Virus record (IMG/VR): IMGVR_UViG_3300027797_000001
Span: 1 to 64,000 of that record
Origin: a virus
Length of the DNA: 64,000 bases
Strand: one strand, 5' to 3'
Shown: piece after piece, positions 59,401 to 64,000 of the stretch
How positions within the stretch are numbered: position 1 is the stretch's first letter
Layout of the letters: every line of letters begins with the position of its first letter
Notes under the pieces: model-generated
What the model was told of the DNA's origin: nothing
What the model saw: the letters and a program-made list of their open reading frames with translations, nothing else
Databases searched by the model: none
Made by a program: the position numbers and the translations under genes

Positions 59401-59654
59401 ATTTTGAATTTACTACAAGAGATATATGGAAATTTACACCTGATGACTATCATTCTAAATGGGCAGGATCTTCAAATAAAGATGAACTGTTTAAACAATT
59501 ACAAGTTGAGGCTATGGATGCATTTGGAAAACCATTTGTTTTAACCCAAACAAATCCAATGAAATTTAAAAACGGTGGTTCAATGGAATTAGAATTAACA
59601 CCAAAACAAATTAAAGAGTATATAAAAGCTGGATATATCATTGAAGATATCTAA
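56463..59654 (+). CDS. large putative cargo/ejection protein
   Basis: 1063 aa; AQKG, FKKGG, FKNGG; C-terminal MELELT..QIKEY.KAGYIIEDI. Confidence 0.8.
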   Translation: MMAKYRITSLPQSLPKAQKGLFNKRNKISVRNGEVKLFPNLFGDKKRNNIDTQDQSDDTQYNWSGTTPELMQPDQESFELKPTYAPTPEFTQADVNLSSTLSKIQEERDRLAQEKENKDWEEMMKKRDEKFKTSKKYDKIEPLLTIDSEGYADEDLAYFQEAGYFPVKDSKTNKINLYPSNEINSKIINNGLRTDEIVKKLGIGDAESVKSAFGDLMTAADQQYSATVQNKLLQKSLDEGISLEDAVKKLSGKLGTEKGLQKYVAPTTDLINNYIDEIKKNVNQPAEKELQSMYYDNRNPNQGYSPKIDYNSYDPGLKYNTDYYNTTNNWGQFLKDYSDYNKEYDKEYADSFYNKQNQTADKLNLPVSDRTGNLKNQQDVINQNISLTKQVGDVSTEAGNKTINKKYIEQLQADMARVSDPLVKYELSKKLDAVKNNPEAFSKLLKGFESGEVFTKEDEDNINALTFSILQKESNPDTIKAGVDRPKLTTSDKVFDVLTNPFDAFKYSNQGGLDNMWTSGMGYNERKLLERANPELNLGTQDNLVGNALNTWNPMRFARDVDSDLDREDYASAGLEALEFATPAMFSKAARAGRLARDASKFFPTGSITPGLKGFTGSAFESLNPYFAYEAIRPGGELNRSYDLLKEGNIKEGLQEGAFGLLNLLPAAGTFKSLKSAENIGGAKPFVSQQLSFKKGGELPTYQGPIRSIVKSIPSKLGNLAMKTGIKTLQLPGVKPFFRSNYNPISYPISYPIKLLGEKIARQSLSPSRNKEQVIAALTKKAAPEENLYFGNVTAVDPEYGYGKRDLIANYFRGIDTGFKPIDYDIYSDPGLKKYIDRYGPLKTYELNSSVKHGQPLDIADFTRLLNIDDTKLSNFDQDLYEDEVFQNMPGLEDYYYNEYMNNLPGTSTPSPYKAQRQYYKKMLHQYFDKRGIEVLPLVVDPDLNTLGNVKNYLSRNPAISYDDLAGHMGYLKRLPNKEDFEFTTRDIWKFTPDDYHSKWAGSSNKDELFKQLQVEAMDAFGKPFVLTQTNPMKFKNGGSMELELTPKQIKEYIKAGYIIEDI

Positions 59655-59712
59655 ACCTTTGAAGTTTACTCATTAAATTTATTTTTAGTATATTTAATAT
59701 ATAACGTGCACA

Positions 59713-62700
59713 ATGACAAAAAAGAAAGTAAGAATATACAAGGCTCCAGATGGTAAAGGTCAGTATATAAATAAAACTGCAAAGTTCTTAAAGAAAGCTG
59801 CATTTGGTGGTCAATCAGATACTCCGCAAGAGGATATGTATTCTCAATTGGCACAAGCTTCATATATGTCTATTAAAAAGGGACAAAGTCCAAAGGCAGT
59901 ATATGACTTTTTAATTAATAATAAAATTAGTAAAGATGTTGCTGAGAAAATTGTGACAAGTGTTATACAGTTCATGATGTCAAAAGGTGAATTAGAACAA
60001 GAAGACCTTGACGAAGATCAGCAAAAAGAGCAACAGATGCAAGCTCAAATGCAACAACAGCAACAAGAAAAAGAACAAATGGCTTCTGAACAAGATGCTG
60101 CTAATGAAGCACAGATGGACATGTACAACAAACAAAGTATGGATGTTGCTAATGACATGTCTCAGTATGATCAAGAAGCAGAAGCTAACTTAGATACAGA
60201 AGATATATTAGGTTTTCAGGCTGGTGGTCAAATGACTACAGATGATTTATTGTCAGAACTTAATAAGCATGATAATGATATTAATTTCCAAGATTTAGAA
60301 TCATTAATTCAGTCTACTCCTGGAACACAAAGTGCATCATTCCCAGGGATTGAAGAATACTACTTACCTTATATTCCACTTTATAGTGAAAGCAATGAGA
60401 TTCCAATTTATAATCCAATACAAAGTGATAATCAATATAAGTTTGGGGGAAAAACAAAAAAGAAATTTATAGGATCAGTACTAGAACTTTTAAAGAAAGA
60501 AGAGGGTGGCGAGGATGAAGTAATTAATAATACTACAGCTACTCCTAAAGATGATCTTACAAATACTGTTAAGAGAAAACAAGATTCATTTGTATCAGCA
60601 TTAAGTGACGAAGCTAAAAAAATAAAAATAGAAGAGTATTATAATCAAATTAAAAATACAAATGATCCAGATACTCAAGAAATTTTAGGTGGAGGCCCTG
60701 ATCAAATGAAAAGGGGTGGCAGAACTAAAAGAAAAGATAATAGACTGCTTAGAAAATTAAATAGAATACTAGGACAAAATGATATGTATGGTATGCAAGG
60801 GTATATGCCATATAATTATTTTAATAAGCGTAGTGGAGATTTTGCAAATCAAAGATTTGATACTTTAGACTATCCATCAATTGCAGAATACTATAAAGCA
60901 TTGTTAGAGAAAATGCCAGTGTTAAATCAAATGTCAAGAGTATTGCCTCAAGTAGATGTTTATGACACAGGTTTATTTGGTAGACCAAAGAAGTATAAGA
61001 TTTCATATAACATTCAACCAGTAGATAAATCTGCAGAAAGACAAGCTATGGAAGCTGTTATTAAGAACAATACTGGATCATCTTTCCCAATGTTATATCC
61101 AAATCCTGGTTATGATGGTTCTCCTGCTCCAGCTGGTACAATGTTAGATGTAGTTAATGACCGCTCTATAGCTCCTATACAATATGATGCATCTGTAAAA
61201 CCTATGGTTCCTACAGGTCCAATGGCTTTTCAGTTTGGAGGTTCAGCTATTTTTGATCCTTCTGCAAGTACATTAGCAAAATATATCTATGGTGGCAATG
61301 ATTTTCCAGAAGATTCTAAGAATGTAAATGATCCATACTTTTCAGATACTACACCATATCCACAAATGCAAAATGGCGGAGATCCCACTGAATATACACA
61401 TTATACTCATGGAGCTAATGATGTATTTCATGATAACATGAATATGATAAATCAAGCTAAGGATGGTTTAGAAACTGGTGGTGATGAATATGCTCTTGAT
61501 TATATAAGACAACTTGCTGGTCAAATGAAGCAGTATAATAAAGCTTCTAGAAAATTAGGAAGGCAGGCAAGAAGAATGACTGGAAATACCATGTTAGATT
61601 ATTTAATTCCTATCAATAGACCTTTTGAGTATGCAGGAAGTTATGGTCAACAAAGGGGAATGCCATTTGATTATGAGACCGGTGAAGAATACACCGGTGA
61701 AATAGACCCATCTAATTTTGTAGCAAGGGATAATTATAAAATAGGAATGTTTGGTAAACCTAAAAAATTTATAGATTATTATTCAGTAGGTAATGAAGGA
61801 CTTAATGTTCCAGATGATTTTTCAGAAATTGAACCATATACAAAGTCAAAACAAAAAGCTCCTGCTCAACAAGATGTTTATAATGAACAAGAAGAGGAAG
61901 ACATTTCTTTTCGTCAAGCAAGAAGGAATGATGGCGTAAGTAATATTAGAGGTGCTTTTGCAAGAATGTTTCCTGAAAGTTCAGGTAGAGAAGATAGAGA
62001 AAGAATGTTTCCTATGCTCAGAGCTCAAGACTCAGATAGAAGTGAAGACAGAAGATTGTTTCCAATGATGAGGGCGGATAAAAAACAAGAAGGTGGAGAA
62101 CCAAACCAGGATGATTATTATAATGATTTATTTTCTAAATTAAACTATAGTAATACCTATAGCAATTATTACAATGAATTAGAATTTAGAAAAGGTGGAA
62201 GAGTATTAAGAAAAGCATTTGCGGGTTTAGAAAATACACCTGTTTCATATAATGACAATCCAGTTACTTCACAAAATATTATTAGTCAAAATACTCCAGA
62301 TCCTATGGAGCAAATGACAGCATTTCAAGGACCTATTATAGAAGATAGTGACTTTAATTTTCCAACTGATCTTCCTGGACCAGTTTCTACAACTAAACCT
62401 TATGTTGAACCTGCAGAAGATGATTGGTCAGGTCCTCAAATGAGTAATCCAGACATAGATTATCCTGCTGGTCCTGAGAAACTTAAAAATAAATTAGTAG
62501 GTGTTAAGAGAAAAAGAAAAGATATGTTTAATATAGATCCAGAAGCAGGTGTTAATGCATTTAATGCTGGAGCTAGAGGAGTTCTTGGTGGTATTGATAG
62601 AATGAGGAATAAGAAACAAGAAGCAAACATGTATGCTAAAAACTTTGACCCTACTAAAATTTATGGACAAAAATCAAGAATAGATAAAGGTGACTATGAT

Positions 62701-63069
62701 GTAAATAAAGGATTGTATAGAGTAAATCAAATGGGTGCTGATAGATTAGGCCGCTCTAAAAAGTATGGAGGTTATATGCAACCAGGAGGATCAGTAGATC
62801 AACAAATGTATTACCCTGAAGACAATATGGTTTATCCTCCAGGAGATAGTCAGTATCCAATGATTCCTTTGAATCAAGATATTATGGATATGATGTATAA
62901 CCAATACTATTCTGATCCTAACTTTGCACCTTATATGGAAGACCCATATATGGAAGAAACTCCAGAGCAAATGGACTACAGAATGGTAAAAGAAGGTGGA
63001 GAAACCTATATGTCAGATGAACAAATAAATGCCTTCTTAGCTGAAGGAGGAGAAATTGAATATTTATAA
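59713..63069 (+). CDS. large low-complexity cargo protein with many xxGG motifs
   Basis: 1118 aa; at least 12 xxGG motifs; Gln/Met/acidic segments. Confidence 0.8.
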   Translation: MTKKKVRIYKAPDGKGQYINKTAKFLKKAAFGGQSDTPQEDMYSQLAQASYMSIKKGQSPKAVYDFLINNKISKDVAEKIVTSVIQFMMSKGELEQEDLDEDQQKEQQMQAQMQQQQQEKEQMASEQDAANEAQMDMYNKQSMDVANDMSQYDQEAEANLDTEDILGFQAGGQMTTDDLLSELNKHDNDINFQDLESLIQSTPGTQSASFPGIEEYYLPYIPLYSESNEIPIYNPIQSDNQYKFGGKTKKKFIGSVLELLKKEEGGEDEVINNTTATPKDDLTNTVKRKQDSFVSALSDEAKKIKIEEYYNQIKNTNDPDTQEILGGGPDQMKRGGRTKRKDNRLLRKLNRILGQNDMYGMQGYMPYNYFNKRSGDFANQRFDTLDYPSIAEYYKALLEKMPVLNQMSRVLPQVDVYDTGLFGRPKKYKISYNIQPVDKSAERQAMEAVIKNNTGSSFPMLYPNPGYDGSPAPAGTMLDVVNDRSIAPIQYDASVKPMVPTGPMAFQFGGSAIFDPSASTLAKYIYGGNDFPEDSKNVNDPYFSDTTPYPQMQNGGDPTEYTHYTHGANDVFHDNMNMINQAKDGLETGGDEYALDYIRQLAGQMKQYNKASRKLGRQARRMTGNTMLDYLIPINRPFEYAGSYGQQRGMPFDYETGEEYTGEIDPSNFVARDNYKIGMFGKPKKFIDYYSVGNEGLNVPDDFSEIEPYTKSKQKAPAQQDVYNEQEEEDISFRQARRNDGVSNIRGAFARMFPESSGREDRERMFPMLRAQDSDRSEDRRLFPMMRADKKQEGGEPNQDDYYNDLFSKLNYSNTYSNYYNELEFRKGGRVLRKAFAGLENTPVSYNDNPVTSQNIISQNTPDPMEQMTAFQGPIIEDSDFNFPTDLPGPVSTTKPYVEPAEDDWSGPQMSNPDIDYPAGPEKLKNKLVGVKRKRKDMFNIDPEAGVNAFNAGARGVLGGIDRMRNKKQEANMYAKNFDPTKIYGQKSRIDKGDYDVNKGLYRVNQMGADRLGRSKKYGGYMQPGGSVDQQMYYPEDNMVYPPGDSQYPMIPLNQDIMDMMYNQYYSDPNFAPYMEDPYMEETPEQMDYRMVKEGGETYMSDEQINAFLAEGGEIEYL

Positions 63070-63078
63070 TTTTGTATT

Positions 63079-64000
63079 ATGTATCATAGAGTAAGAATTA
63101 AAAAATTGCCACAGGCAAGAACAGGTTACCAAGTACAAGGTTCACTAGCTAATGATGTACCAGCTTTTGGTGGAGCAGATTATAATGCATATATAGGAAA
63201 ACCAAATCTTAGACAAAGTAAATATATTACAGCTGTACCAAGAGATGAAGCTAACTTAGAAGCAGAAGGTGGAGAAACTGTATATGGTGACATCAATGGA
63301 GATGGTTTTCCAGAACACAAAGTTATAAAAGGACCAAGACACTCAGCAGGTGGTGTACCATTATCATTACCAGATGATACATTTATTTTTAGTGATACTA
63401 AATCAATGAAGATAAATGATCCTAATGTTTTACAAATGTTTGGTAAAGCACCTAAGAAAGGAAAAGGTCAACATGGCTTTACTCCAGCAGATCTTGCTAA
63501 GCAATATGATATAGATAAGTATAGAAAAATATTACAAGATCCTGACTCAGATCATATTGCTAGAAAAACTGCTGAACTAATGATCCGTAACTATAATATG
63601 AAGTTAGGAGCTTTAGCATTAGCACAAGAAGCTAAAAAAGGATTTCCTCAAGGTATACCAGTAGTAGCTAAACCTTACATGGAAGCTATGGGTCTTACAG
63701 AAGATAAACTTCTACCAGCTGAATATAGAACATTGTCAGCTCCACAAGAAGAAGAAGAAATGCCAGAAGATCAAATGCAAGATCCTTCACAACAATATGC
63801 TTCTGATGATTATGATGTAGAGAATACACCATATGATACAGAAGAAGAAATGGGAATGCAACCTGGTATGGGATTAGATCAAGCAGCCATGGAAGGGCAA
63901 ATGCAAATGCCACCTATGGCTATGTATGGTATGGAGATGGGAGGTTATGATATGCCTTTTGCTGCATATGGTATGCCTATGGGAGCTAATTCTAGTAACT
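63079..64000 (+). CDS. cargo protein with EAEGGE/GPxHxxGG domain (partial, runs off window; not in ORF track)
   Basis: MYHRVRIKKLPQARTG...ANLEAEGGETV...IKGPRHSAGGVPL.LP..TFIFSD; appears open to window end. Confidence 0.85.
   Translation, partial: MYHRVRIKKLPQARTGYQVQGSLANDVPAFGGADYNAYIGKPNLRQSKYITAVPRDEANLEAEGGETVYGDINGDGFPEHKVIKGPRHSAGGVPLSLPDDTFIFSDTKSMKINDPNVLQMFGKAPKKGKGQHGFTPADLAKQYDIDKYRKILQDPDSDHIARKTAELMIRNYNMKLGALALAQEAKKGFPQGIPVVAKPYMEAMGLTEDKLLPAEYRTLSAPQEEEEMPEDQMQDPSQQYASDDYDVENTPYDTEEEMGMQPGMGLDQAAMEGQMQMPPMAMYGMEMGGYDMPFAAYGMPMGANSSN

Noticed and set aside
50653-64000. Virion RNA polymerase among the giant ORFs
   Set aside because: No DFDID/DxDGD-type catalytic motif found; sequences are low-complexity and modular, so the RNAP probably lies beyond the window

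Overview
AT-rich, gene-dense segment of a dsDNA tailed phage genome, standard genetic code. It is most consistent with a crAss-like (Crassvirales-related) podovirus of a Bacteroidota host, based on TAnnTTTG promoters, the absence of Shine-Dalgarno motifs, and the TerL-portal-scaffold-MCP-ring-muzzle gene order. The left arm (1-11.2 kb, minus strand) holds early/host-interaction and DNA-metabolism genes (RlpA-like, DnaA-C HTH, ClpS, SF2 helicase, ParB-like, HNH), tRNA-Arg(TCT) and an unusually RNA-structure-rich non-coding zone (7.65-10.4 kb). A divergence/possible terminus region lies at about 10.4-11.6 kb. The right arm (plus strand) carries GroES, a collagen fibre, the lysis cassette, a PD-(D/E)XK nuclease, TerL, portal, MCP, a cluster of Lys-rich small proteins, a ferritin-like protein, Cys-rich structural proteins, ring/muzzle tail proteins and very large putative cargo/ejection proteins. 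Best leads: (1) a recurrent [MFYK]xxGG tag that punctuates basic core and cargo proteins, with a 36-bp direct repeat flanking a zincin module and a candidate reader domain; (2) a coiled-coil gene followed by a ~280-nt rod-like RNA with hexamer repeats and preceded by a thrice-repeated pseudoknot; (3) candidate sRNAs complementary to the phage's own 5' leaders; (4) two unannotated C-x5-CDAY mini-lipoproteins. All assignments are by eye, without database searches.
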